Program-made: the position numbers and the translations under genes
Assembly (NCBI RefSeq): GCF_964355755.1
Contig: NC_092679.1
Coordinates: forward strand, 18,831,432-18,895,431
Length of the DNA: 64,000 nucleotides
Direction of reading: 5' to 3'
Source: Antedon mediterranea
Taxonomy: Eukaryota > Animalia > Echinodermata
Part shown: one piece after another, positions 25,601 through 38,965 of the stretch
How the letters are laid out: each line of letters begins with the position of its first letter
How positions within the stretch are numbered: the first letter of the stretch is position 1
The notes under the pieces: generated by a model
What the model saw: only the letters and a program-made list of their open reading frames with translations
The model's database searches: none
What the model was told of the DNA's origin: nothing

Positions 25601-25651
25601 CTGTTGAAATAAGATCAAGACGCTAAGAATCAACACACCCCTCATCGTCAT
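22639..25651 (-). CDS. Secreted hyperacidic repeat protein with Thr-rich linker and C-terminal 6-Cys module (~466 aa), unrecognised family
   Basis: Exons: 25651-25601 (MTMRGVLILSVLILFQQ), 25017-23947 (AISAPLP followed by E/D/A/G/T repeats), 23482-23372 (GQLPVVELTLSTTTTEQP..), 22806-22639 (PTLSLEVENQICQPLIGTVCSEENDNPKDCELNGCTQLQCKYSKCQHRDIDHPPC*). All junctions are GT/AG and phase 0. Confidence 0.8.
25254..25500 (+). mobile_element. tRNA-derived SINE, near full length
   Basis: tRNA-like head (TGTGGTTA..GGGTTCACGTCCC). The 3' tail GATCAGCAAT..GGATTACCCTCATTAAATATGGTTTAAAAAA recurs in reverse orientation at ~17420-17490. Confidence 0.55.
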
Positions 25652-27234
25652 CTTGATGTGCTGACTTGCATCCCCTCATAAACAACTCAAATGACCAAAA
25701 CTCAAAATCATTTACCCATCTCAATACTACATCGATTTCCAATTCCCATAATATTTATTTTACCATACTACTTCTTTCATATTTAGAGATGGTTCGAAAT
25801 AATATCACTTGTGTGTTTATTTAAGCGATTTTCGAAAATCACGGCAAATCCATTTCAAGGATTTGTATTATATATACGATTCAAGGCAAATCAGCAACAC
25901 ACCCCTCATCTGTAAAACGTTACCAATTAGCCATTTAAACAACTTACTTTTGTTATGCTCAATATTTTATCTCTTTCTTTTTTTGACTTATTTTATTGTT
26001 TACTGTTTTATACAGTATTTCTTTTTATGTATTTTGCATATTTGTATTGTAGGGCCCCTCATGAGACAAGCTATTCCTTCTAGTATGGGCCCCCTAGTTA
26101 TTATTGTAAAATAACTGAATAAATGTGTATAAATGAATGAATCGTTACGAATGACCAATACTTAGAATAAAAGTCATATTAAAAGGACTCAATCGGAACA
26201 AAGTGTCCCTTAAAAAAAGAGAAAAAAAACTTCACCTTTTTGTGTTGCACGGGTCGGGAAAGGTTCGCCTTAATATGGGTGAACCCAAATATGTGCAATA
26301 AAACAGTAATATTGTAAGAAATACACACACACACACTAACAAATATAAATGAAATAGGTTTATTGACACTAATAATATATATGAAAAGTAATGTATGATT
26401 GCTAATATTTAACATGGTTTTTTTTTACAAAACACTATCACAATACAGAATCGTGTATAAGCTCATACAGGGCTTATACAGCTAAACAAAATCTGCTTTG
26501 GTTTGGACTTATTCCAAATGGTTGGTTTACAAGTGTCTGTACACTATATAACAAAAACAGTTTACCAAGTTTTCTAACATGTTATTTTTAACTTCTGATG
26601 AACTGATGAAACCATCTCATTTCCAACTTTAGATTACACTTCTCTTATTATTTAAAATCCATTTGTTTTATATATACATACAATAATCAAATACTGTATT
26701 TTCGTGTATAAAGCTCTGTCTACACTATCACACTTTAAGTGACAAAAAAATGTGATCTGCCCATATACAGACATTATGATGTCATATCACTACCAAATTT
26801 GGGCATGTCACTACCATATTTGGGTACATAACACTTTTTTGTCAGATAGTGTAGACAGAGCTACACAAATCATTAGTTCGACCTGAAACACTGAAATAAT
26901 ACATATGCTTAATTAACTACACAAAATATATACTACATTGAAAATTAGACACAAAAAAGTTGCGTAAAAAGTAAAATCAAGAACATTTTTTCAAACCAAC
27001 AATGATAATGTATAATATAGTAATATTTATACACAAAATTTATGTAAAATTTTTATCATAATTTATTTAATAAAAACATAACAAATGTATTAACTTTAAT
27101 CAATTTATTAACATTGGCAATTATTTTATTTTTGTAATAAATTAATTTTTAAAACACTTCTACTTTTCTCATAAAATTAATCTTAAAGATTATTTTCATT
27201 CTCTTATAATTTTAACAAAAAGTGTAACTGAAGT

Positions 27235-30072
27235 TCATGTTGTTTTTGATGTTTTTCCTTTTTCTTTCTTTGTTTTATGTGCTTTCTTTAAATTATCCAT
27301 GTTTGCTTTTAATACACCTGCATATGCCTGCAATCAAGATAAATTTAAATGAATAGTTAATGAATTTGAAAACATGTGAGTGTTAAGCACGGTTCTCACT
27401 AGGACGCAACGACATATCGTAAGTGTTGCAAGATACAAGTGGGAACTGATGATGCAATAGTGCTGCAAACATCGCTACGAGAAATCAAATTAGTTTGATT
27501 TCATGCAACAATGAAAGGCAAAATCGAAACATAGTACAGAGTAGTCAAAGTCTACGGTAACTGATTGATACACAACCAAGGTTTGATTTCATGGGGGAAA
27601 CACAATCATTGGAAGGGCATTTTCTTACGTTGCGTAGGTGGCATCAATAGTGGGAACCGCATGTTAAGAAAAGAAAGAAATCGACAAGTTCTTGCCACAG
27701 TAGCGCCAAAATGGAGATCTATAATATGCCCTTGTTGTCACTAATCAAGGTTCCTACTAATGAACTACGGTTAGTAACAGTCTTGGCCTTCTTTCAGGTG
27801 AGACCTAATAGTTAAAGTAAAAGTACAAGACGATAAAGTGACCAATATGGCACAATCATATAGGACTAACCACAGGTACTTCAAAACAGCTTGTTATAAA
27901 ACGAAATAATTTTCGGTGGAAGGGTTTAAATAAAATCACAGCCACTGAATTAGATAATACCTAATCAATATATATAATCAATTACATAGACCAGTTGATG
28001 TACTTGCTAAAGACAAAAATAACTTTTAGTTTGCATACATTGCTTGCGTACTGCATTATTACAACAATAACCAGCTGTTCCGTTTCCTGATATTAATTAA
28101 TTTATTATTCTTATACAAAAAAAAGACTTGTTAAATTATTGATCGAAACTGATTCAAAACTATTGATTATTATCAGATGGTAAATATGGATTACACACGT
28201 AATTACCATAAATTAACCAATGGTATAATTGAAGTTGATAGGCTTATCTATCCATGCATTTAATGGTGTATTCTACATGTCAGTTTATAGGTGGTAGGCT
28301 TATCTGTCCAGGCTTTTAATTACAGTGTTCTCTAATCTGAATAACTGAATAGGCTAATAGTTAATATTAGGATTTTCTGCCACTTGAGGGCTGAAAAACT
28401 CTGTTTTGTTGTTAGGATCTAATCTTTTTGTAGAATATGTATGGATTATAAGCAGAGTAGTATGTGCAGAGCAAGAGTTGAGCATTTTTAAATCCTACTA
28501 TCCTAAATATACCATGAAAGAATACAGAGATATCTGTTACAACAGTAACATTTCCAAATTTCCAGTTAAGCTTAAGGACCAAGAATATAAAAGATACTAA
28601 CTAGCACAGAATGTTATTTCTAATCAGAGCATAGAGGGCAGCATAACTGGTTAAAAAATTGACAGTACTGTACTAACACAGTACTACTGTAACAAAGTGT
28701 CGCCTATCTTGTTGGAAAAACCTAATTTTAAAGGATTTAATAAGAGGGTAACTTACCAATTGAAATTTATTCATATCTTTAGCACTAACCTGAAAACAAA
28801 ACAGAAAACACTATACTTTTTAATTTCCAATGAACTTTAACCATTGATTACATGGTACTGTAGGTGACCAATTTAGAAGGTGGTTGTTGTTCTTCTTCCA
28901 TCATTTAGGAGCAAACTTCATAGTTGAAGGCTACTGCTCCACTGGCTATTTGTTGTTGCATACGGTGTGTGGGGCATACAAAGTTAAATAATAGATTTTT
29001 CCCAATAAATCTTACCTATTATACACAGGCTTTTTCTAAAAAAAAACACAATATAACAAATATATTTTGTCCGTTTTGTTGAGCTGCTTATGTGGAAAAT
29101 CTATCAAAATTTGATGAATTCAGACCAAGTTATCCCAAAAGTTTAAAGACAATCTGGTCCTGTTGCATTTCATTATATTCTCAATTTGGCAGCGTAATTA
29201 ATAATAATAATATCCCTTTTTCTTATCAATTGTAAATTTTGGCTGAACAGAAAATTAGAATTAAGAAGTAAGCAACCTACTTACCACTGTACTTAATTTC
29301 TTGTTTCTACACGTAGCTCTGACCAGACATTTATGTTCACCTGTTGATTCAGACACAGATTGCTTGTCCTTTGATGCTTTTGGTATAGGTTTGGTCCTAC
29401 CATTATCTGTAAAGTGTAAGGCAAAGAAAATGTTACTGTACTTAGTCTTATTATTATACCTGTGTGGTATGCACAGCAGGGATGCAGTACGTTTGTGCAT
29501 GGAGTAAAGAATAATCTTTATTCCATGGTTTGTGTCATGAATTTTTACAAACTATTACTTTATTTACTTACAAATTACAAAATTACTCTTTATTCAGTAA
29601 TAACAGTATTATTTATTTGATAATTGCGCTTTTTTTTTTATCACGCTTCGGAAATATTTAAAAAAATGTATTCTTAAATAGTATATAGTATCGTGTCTTA
29701 CAGTTTAACAGCAATTAGAGTTCAAGTGAGTCCATGGGATATCTACTACAGTAGTATATTCAAACAATACGACTATAGAAATGGGGCAATACGACTATAG
29801 AAATGGGGCGAAACGACTCAGCACAAAGTCTAGACGTGGTTAATTATCCTGTATACTCACATTGTTTTAGTGTCACGTAAACAGCAGCAGATGTTCTTGA
29901 TTTTTGAAACATTAACGTCAGTTCTGTCAGAAACTAAATAAACACAAACAATCATTATATATTTTTGTACATAATTGATAACTTCAAAATAACTAAATAT
30001 AATATATAGTTCTATTATTAGGAAAATAAAAACTGAGAAATAACTTACAGCTTCGTTCGCGAGAAGCACCAT
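27235..30072 (-). CDS. SRP14: Signal recognition particle 14 kDa protein
   Basis: Exons 30072-30049, 29933-29861, 29406-29285, 28789-28757 and 27327-27235 give MVLLANEAFLTELTLMFQKSRTSAAVYVTLKQYNGRTKPIPK...KCLVRATCRNKKLSTVVSAKDMNKFQLAYAGVLKANMDNLKK..., the characteristic SRP14 sequence. Confidence 0.95.
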
Positions 30073-30302
30073 CTTGAAAATATTACCTAATGACTAAATA
30101 TATAAAGCTTAATCTCATTGATGGATTGTGCTAGCCAAGACACGTTTCAGCCAATAGAATACAGCCTTCTTTCTGTCTTTTTGTCCCATGCGTGGTTATA
30201 GTTGAGTGGTTTTCATGCTTCGTTGATTTTGTTGTCTTTTCATTTTGTTTTGTTAGGCCTAGCCCTAGCGAGCTTGTGTTTTAGTTCTGAAATTTGGTTG
30301 CA
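30073..30302. promoter_or_regulatory. Bidirectional promoter region SRP14/SAE1
   Basis: The divergent ATGs are only 230 bp apart. A CCAAT motif (AGCCAATAG) lies at ~30150. Confidence 0.7.
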
Positions 30303-33300
30303 ATGGCTAGCAATTCAAGCAGTATTTCAGAAGCTGAAGCTGCATTGTATGACAGACAAATTCGCTTATGGGGTCTTGAGGCACAAAAACGGTCAGTCTT
30401 TTGTTGATGCTATATAAAATTAAAATAAGCTTAGCTAACTAATCTCTAAGACGGCCTGCTGGCGGTCAAAGTTGAGTAGGGCCGGCTCAGAGGAAGTTTG
30501 TTGATTTATAGAGGAATTGATCATCTCATAAATATTGTTTGTCAAGGTTGTTTTTGAATTAATTAAAACTATTACTGGTTACAACCAATTCAGATAGTGA
30601 ATTAAATTAGTTAATAATTACACAGTATAATAATATTAAATATGTTATATTCACTTTCAATCTAATTTTTTACCATTTTTTTTAATGCAGTCTAAATATT
30701 CTGCAATAGTATAATAATTAACTATTTTTAATGTAACAACTCCCCAGTTACACAATGTATGAAATATTGTAAGGCCAAGTGGTAGAAGTACTAACTATAC
30801 TATAACTATCTAGTTAGTAAATAAAAATAAATCCTTATCCCCCACCCCCAAAAAAAGAATTACTATAAAAAATATCCCTTTTTAAAGGATGCTTTTTGTT
30901 TTCAAACATAAAAGATTATCTTTGTGACTTAGTTACAAGCTAAGTATCCTTTTAAATTCACCAGATTAAGCCTTAAGCAATTGTGTTCTAAATAATATAG
31001 TTTTCATCTCAACAGGCTGCGGGCATCCTCTGTTCTTTTCATTGGTCTAAAAGGCCTTGGTGCAGAGGTGTGCAAAAATGTTGTTCTATCCGGTATTAAT
31101 TCAATCACATTGATGGATCATAATACTGTTACAGAAGAAGATTTCTGCTCAAATTTCCTTATATCATCCAGAGAAGACATAGGCAAAAATGTAAGCGGGC
31201 GAAGAAAAGTGTAAAGAAGAGTTTCTCGCTTCCCTCTCTAAAGCTCTATCTGCACTAGCAAACTAGTAGTTTGACACAAAAAAGTCTGATGTGCCCAAAT
31301 ATGGTAGTGATATAACATCATCATGTCCATATATGGGCACATCACATTTTGTTGTCACATAAAATTTGATAGTGTAGACAGTCATTTATATAAGTGTTAC
31401 TCCTTGTTAATTTAGTAATACATATAAAAACAATTATTTTTTACACTTTCCAGGGGCTTTGATTTTTGGGAGAGTTGACCATATCATCGGACAGTTTTAA
31501 ATTTTTTCTATGCCTCAATTTATATATATATTTGTTAATAATGTCAAGTGAAAATATTTGTAATGTTTTACATGCAATTTGGCTGCTGGGCCACCATATG
31601 TAATTCTATTAAATTAATTAAGTTAATAATAGTAAGGTTATATTGCATGATAATGCATATAACCTAATTTATACAGTAAAGTGAGTTGTTTGAATTTTTT
31701 CATTTATAGAGGGCAGCATCATCAGTGGAAAGAACTCAGGAATTAAACCCTAACGTGATTGTTAAATCAGACAATGACAATCCAGATAACAAACCTGACA
31801 TCTTCTTTGAGCAGTTTGATGTTGTATGTGCCACCTGTTGCCCACGTGCAACCATCTTTAGGCTTAATAACATATGTCATGGCAAGAATATCAAATTCTT
31901 TGCTGGTGATGTCTTTGGCTTCTATGGATACATGTTCGCCGACTTAAACGACCATGAATTTGTTGAGTATGTATTTGAATTTCTTTTGAATAAATAATAA
32001 ATGCCATTGAATGTGCTGCTGTGAGACCGCTTTGGTAAAGCTCTGTCTACACTAGCAAACTTTATGTGGCAAAAAATGTGATGTGCCCGTGTATGGACAT
32101 AATGATGTCATATCACTACCATATTTGGGCATATCACTACCATATTTGTGTGCATCACACTTTTTTGTCAAACTAGTTTGATAGTGTAGACAGAGTTTAA
32201 ATATTCAAATTATTATTATGAATGTAAAATGATGACTTAAAATTATATTTTGTTAATTTAGAGAAAAGGCAAAAATGATAGAAAAAGAGGATTCTAATGG
32301 CGTTAAAAAACTTGTAGCTGATGACACAGAGACAGTCGTTACCAAAAAAACTTTCTCTTACTGCCGCTTCAAAGATGCTCTGGATGTTGATTGGTCGACA
32401 GAGAAGTATGCAAAAGCGTTGAAAAGGGCTTCTGACGTTTACTTCATAATGCAAAGTGAGTAAAGCCTTGTCTACACTATTAAACTTTATGTGATGAAAA
32501 AAAATGTGATTTGCCCATATATCCTTAGAGAATAGAAGGCTTTGAATTGTTTGCATATACGTGTTCCATATGTGATGAATTAGTATGAAATAGGGTCTGT
32601 ATGTGAGGTGTGTTTGATACCTGTTACGTGATGTAATTTTACACTTATTATTCTCTGTGTATAAATGTGTAAACAAATTTATATAGAAGAGGCTATGGTT
32701 TTTATACTTATAAACATATCTTTTGCAGTTCTGTTAATGTTTCGTGAACAGTTTGGAAGAGACCCACAGCCTGGTAACCTGGAGAATGACCGAACAGAGT
32801 TACAGCGGTTACGAGAAGAGGTTCTTGATGCGTTAAAGGTCAAATCTGACCCAGTAGATGACAACTTCAGTGGGTAAGTTGATTAACAAACAAAAATGAT
32901 TTGCATTATTTGTGTAATGAAATCAATTTAACTTAATTTTCAACTACAATAAATACAATAATAATAAGTCATAGTGGAGCTGTAGCTTGGTGATTAGCAA
33001 GCTTGCCTTCCAATGCCATGGTCACAAGTTAAATTCTGACCTAGTTCCAGAGTTGTAGCTCAATACGTCATTCACTGGTGTAAAAAAGTTTAAAAAACTA
33101 ACCTATGATTAATATACGTTTTCAGATCCTGATTAATTTAATATTGTATATTTTTTTTAGTCACTGTGCCGCTGAACTCAGCCCAATCTGTGCTATCGTG
33201 GGCGGTGTTATGGGACAAGAGATTATTAAGGTCATTTTATGTTACTTTGTTCACATTATAAGATCACAACACATACTATAAGATCACAGCACATACTATT

Positions 33301-35549
33301 AGATCACAACACATACTATTAATTCACAACACATACTATTAGATCACAACACATACTATTAGATCACAACACATACTATTAGATCACAACACATACTATT
33401 AGATCACAACACATACTATTAGATCACAACACATACTATTAGATCACAACACATACTATTAGATCACAACACATACTATTAATTCACAACACATACTATT
33501 AGATCACAACACATACTATTAGATCACAACACATACTATTAGATCACAACACATACTATTAGATCACAACACATACTATTAGATCACAACACATACTATT
33601 AGATCACAACACATACTATTAGATCACAACACATACTATTAGATCACAACACATACTATTAGATCACAACACATACTATTAGATCACAACACATACTATT
33701 AGATCACAACACATACTATTAGATCACAACACATACTATTAGATCACAACACATACTATTAGATCACAACACATACTATTAGATCACAACACATACTATT
33801 AGATCACAACACATACTATTAGATCACAACACATACTATTAGATCACAACACATACTATTAGATCACAACACATACTATTAGATCACAACACATACTATT
33901 AGATCACAACACATACTATTAGATCACAACACATACTATTAGATCACATCACATACTATGAGATCACAACACATACTATGAGATCACAACACATACTATT
34001 AGATCACAACACATACTATTAGATCACAACACATACTATTAGATCACAACACATACTATTAGATCACAACACATACTATTAGATCACAACACATACTATT
34101 AGATCACAACACATACTATTAGATCACAACACATACTATTAGATCACAACACATACTATTAGATCACAACACATACTATTAGATCACAACACATACTATT
34201 AGATCACAACACATACTATTAGATCACAACACATACTATTAGATCACAACACATACTATTAGATCACAACACATACTATTAGATCACAACACATACTATG
34301 AGATCACAACACATACTATTAGATCACAACACATACTATTAGATCACAACACATACTATTAGATCACAACACATACTATGAGATCACAACACATACTATT
34401 AGATCACAACACATACTATTAGATCACAACACATACTATTAGATCACAACACATACTATTAGATCACAACACATACTATTAGATCACAACACATACTATG
34501 AGATCACAACACATACTATTAGATCACAACACATACTATTAGATCACAACACATACTATTAGATCACAACACATACTATTAGATCACAACACATACTATT
34601 AGATCACAACACATACTATTAGATCACAACACATACTATTAGATCACATCACATACTATAAGATCACAACACATACTATGAGATCACAACACATACTATT
34701 AGATCACAACACATACTATTAGATCACAACACATACTATTAGATCACAACACATACTATTAGATCACAACACATACTATTAGATCACAACACATACTATT
34801 AGATCACAACACATACTATTAGATCACAACACATACTATTAGATCACAACACATACTATTAGATCACAACACATACTATTAGATCACAACACATACTATT
34901 AGATCACAACACATACTATTAGATCACAACACATACTATTAGATCACAACACATACTATTAGATCACAACACATACTATTAGATCACAACACATACTATG
35001 AGATCACAACACATACTATTAGATCACAACACATACTATTAGATCACAACACATACTATTAGATCACAACACATACTATGAGATCACAACACATACTATT
35101 AGATCACAACACATACTATTAGATCACAACACATACTATTAGATCACAACACATACTATTAGATCACAACACATACTATTAGATCACAACACATACTATG
35201 AGATCACAACACATACTATGAGATCACAACACATACTATTAGATCACAACACATACTATAGAAACTAATAAATGTTACTATTATTACTTTGCTTTGTAAT
35301 TTTAACTCGTAAGTAAGCAACAAATTAATTAATTAATCCATCAAAATTTATTTAGAAATTTAACAATTTACAAAACATAGAATCATAAAGCTATCCTAGC
35401 CTTCCCCCAAAAACATTTACTACTTTTGTTTTCAATTGGGAATACATTTTTTTTTTCAGGCTGTATCATGCAGGGATGTACCTCACAATAATTTCTTTTT
35501 CTTCAATGGATTAAACAGTACTGGAATTGTTGATTGTATTGGAAGTTGA
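30303..35549 (+). CDS. SAE1: SUMO-activating enzyme subunit 1 (Aos1)
   Basis: Exons 30303-30391, 31016-31190, 31710-31966, 32262-32455, 32729-32873, 33161-33230, 35460-35549. Peptides include 'ISEAEAALYDRQIRLWGLEAQKRLRASSVLFIGLKGLGAEVCKNVVLSGI', 'GDVFGFYGYMFADL' and 'AELSPICAIVGGVMGQEIIKAVSCRDVPHNNFFFFNG'. Confidence 0.95.
32039..32197. mobile_element. Harbinger-type MITE family A, full copy
   Basis: Reads TAA-AGCTCTGTCTACACTA...TAGTGTAGACAGAGTT-TAA. Confidence 0.85.
33261..35260 (+). repeat. Minisatellite, 100 x 20 bp (AGATCACAACACATACTATT), in the last SAE1 intron
   Basis: Perfect 20-bp register over 2000 bp; variation is mostly at the last base (T/G/A). Confidence 0.97.
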
Positions 35550-36395
35550 GATTGAATCAGTTGAGGTCCATTGATTTCATCCAAACAAGGCAATCTAACA
35601 ACAGGATGCCGAGCTCCAGAGATCAAAGGGTTTTATGTGTGGCTGCAACATGATCAGTTGTTCCATGCCTCTTGACAGCACAAATACCGCTTTCTATGTA
35701 GAATATGTAATGTTGGTATTTGTGGCAGCCAGACATAAGATCAAAGGACGGTAACGAGTTACTATCTTGGCAAGGCAAGATCAGTGTCCTGTTGTTAGAT
35801 TGACTTGATTCAAACCAGAGATACCACCGGATAGATGTCTTTGTTTTTGTTCAAAATGAGTTCTTAGTGGGTCAGCCAGACTCAACTTGTAATTCAGGAG
35901 CTACAAAAACAACAAGTTACAAAATAACTTTAAAATAAAAGACTACCATAACAAACATATTTTATTGATTGTAAATGGGCTGTTTAAAATGTTTGTTTTT
36001 CTAAAGTAATTACAATTGTTATAATAAAATAAATGGAAACACATTTGAATTTGTGATTTTTGCTTTGTATAAAGCGCTGTCTAAACTATTAAACTAGTTT
36101 TTGATGTGCCCAAATATATAATTTATGATATGACGTCATCGTGTCCATATATGGGTACGTCGTCACATTTTATTGTCACATAAATGTTGGTAGTGTAGAC
36201 AGAGCTTTACTAAAAACAGTCGTGTCCCCTGAACAGGCGTTCGTTTCACAGCAGAGTCTGCCTCTCTAGGGTTATCCCAAAGAAGGGGTTTTACTGTATT
36301 GTTTCATTTATTTCGGAAAATATAATACAGAGTACAAAATTCTCCATAGCTCAAGAAAGAATGTTTGAATTTGTGCTTGAGTACAGAAAGTGTCC

Positions 36396-37834
36396 TCAAA
36401 ACTTCTTCAGGTATACATCTGAAATATATTTAGTGTTGAACTAAGTATTTGCAGTTTATGACCACAACCTATGTACTGCACTGTTTATGTTGAGGTAGTA
36501 AATACTACATAAAAAAACCACAATTGTACCAAAAGTATATTTTTTATAAAAGACGTACCTGGAGATGTTTGCCGTGGTTTCTTTAGTTTCCAAACAATGC
36601 AAAAGATTATTGCTATACCAAATAATGCCGACACAACGCTCACAATAATTCTATTAAACATAAACAATATCAATTTTTTTTTAGTTCACACATTTTTCCA
36701 CGAAAGTGTTTTTTCTGTTATCTAATTGTTAATGAAATCAAATAGTGGTATAATATTCAATGAATTAAAGAGCAAGGATTAAACAGACTATCAGACCAGT
36801 TACAGACCTAACATTTGCACGTATTCTGTAGGAGGCGCATATAATGGGTGCTTTGTGCGCATGGGTGCTTTGTGCGCATATGGATGCTTTGTGCGCAGAT
36901 AGGTGCTTTGTGCGCCGCCTCCTCAACTTTGCGTACAAAATACTTACATTGCAATTCGTTTTATTATTCTTGATCGGATTTCATCCTCAACAGCGTTCTT
37001 CACATTCGAAAGTATTTTTTTCGTTGAATTTTCGTTTTGATTATACAAATCTACAAGTATCTTGACGTTATCGTCGACGTCATTGTTATCATTGACGTCA
37101 TTATTGTCTGTGTCTTCGCAACAATACGATCCGTTGGCAAAATTGCAGCACACACTGAATGAACATTCTATATTTATGGAAACCGTTGATGTTTCGTTAG
37201 ACGAACATCCCTGTGAAACAACTTGTAACCAAAAAAATAATAGCATAATTTTTTTTATTATATCAATTTCGGCAAACACAGTTATATTATACAGACAAAA
37301 CAAAATACACAAAAAAACAACAAGATTGCGCCAAGCAGAGGCAAAAGAGGTCAACAGCTCCTGTCGCCAATTAGGCGTGCCACTCCAACAAACAAGCTAA
37401 AACGTACAGTAATCAATATAAATATATAATAACATTATAATTGTTCTACAATGATTTTTAAAAATATCTTTAAAGTGTTTGTAACATGAGAATCAATTAT
37501 TTTAATAACCCATTGTTATAACAATTTACGGAGGTAACATATTTTTTTTAAACTAACTCACTATAAGATGATGGTGTCGGGTCGTGCTAGGATACACCAG
37601 TTACTGGACCCATCTGAGTTTAATAACTAGCATACTATTGAATTAAGTTCGTATCTGGTACCCGATTACATTTTTTGTTACGACTGCCACAGGGACGATG
37701 TATGGAGATAATCGTACATAACGCATCAGTAAATATACAAGTGATATTAATAATTGTTATGTAATGGTCTTACCTGGTGAAATAATAATTAAAGTCAGTT
37801 GTATAAGAAACAAGATTAGTCGGGATACATTCAT
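36396..37834 (-). CDS. Small single-pass membrane protein with an N-terminal C-C-CC-CC domain (Shisa-like/CYYR1/WBP1-type pattern)
   Basis: Exons 37834-37774 (signal MNVSRLILFLIQLTLIIISP), 37221-36948 (C-x13-C-x4-CC-x7-CC followed by a D/N-rich stretch), 36650-36559 (TM IIVSVVSALFGIAIIFCIVW plus KLKKPR), 36418-36396 (DVYLKKF*). Intron phases 1/2/1 are consistent. Confidence 0.7.
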
Positions 37835-38965
37835 CTTTCTTTCTTGTTTCATAGATGCCTATTACGTTACATGAAAGGTCAAGGTCATATAGTAGAGAGG
37901 TACATCATAGAACCATGAAATATTATATTGGTTTGTATATCGCTATGCTTTAAACAAATTGGAAATACGCTTCTCTCATGTGTAGTTGTTTATTATTTAT
38001 CTTCTGCCTAATGTATTACTTTGGTTTATTAAATGTGTTTTCATATTCGACACTCATTTGTCTTGTCATGTTATTGTTTTACATAATGATCGAATTTTGT
38101 GTTACTTGAATCCCAAACGGCTACAGTCGATTCTTTTTTCTAATGATTTAAGTTTTATATTGGATGTTTATTATTGAGAAATAAATTTATTCTGAATTCT
38201 TTTATACACAAGTAGGCCTAATTGTTTTATTCATAATATTTTACATAATATATCCATAGCAAAAAAAAACCTCTCAGTACAAAAAAAAGTCACACTTGTC
38301 CACGTACATATTAACCATATACTTTATAATTATAAAATTACTTTCATAACGGATTTTCTAAATTTGTACGTAATTTTTATTATGTTGTGGCCTACACACA
38401 GTACCTATATTTTTTCTTCACAATCTATGTTAGTATTTTGCAAGTTGATTATCCTTTTTCGTCAAATAACTATGTCAACTTCAACAATATTTACGTTATG
38501 CAATAAAGTATTAAATAATAAATAGGCCTACTGGAGTGCATGATGTTGTGATTCTTCAACGAATATAGTGTCTATAGCCAAAAAGCGGGCGTGTTCTTCA
38601 CATATTTAAAATGTGTGGACCACGCCAATTTCTTTTGGCGGGTTCTGTTGTCGCATGCTTTTGTACATGCAACCAGTCTCAGTCTGTTGATATTCAGTAT
38701 TTTACCAGGCGTTCACTTTTATAGTTAAAAATCCTCCTGTGCCTAAAACTGTCTTTTAAAAATGTTATGTCAGATAGATTTTTAACAATGTTCCTTATAA
38801 TTCACAAAGAGAACATGTACATTACATCTATATTGTTATATCACACTGCACCAAATGAAAGTTAATTACTTCAACAATTCAAATTCACAAATAATAAACA
38901 CTTTTTATTTTTACTGTATTCTCATTTATTCATTTTTAAATAAAATTTATTACATACAAATGATC

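Noticed and set aside
26595-26620. Hammerhead-like CTGATGA..GAAA
   Set aside because: No stem II complementarity and no valid stem I or III.
33261-35260. CRISPR-like array
   Set aside because: Head-to-tail repeats with no unique spacers, located in a eukaryotic intron, with no cas genes.
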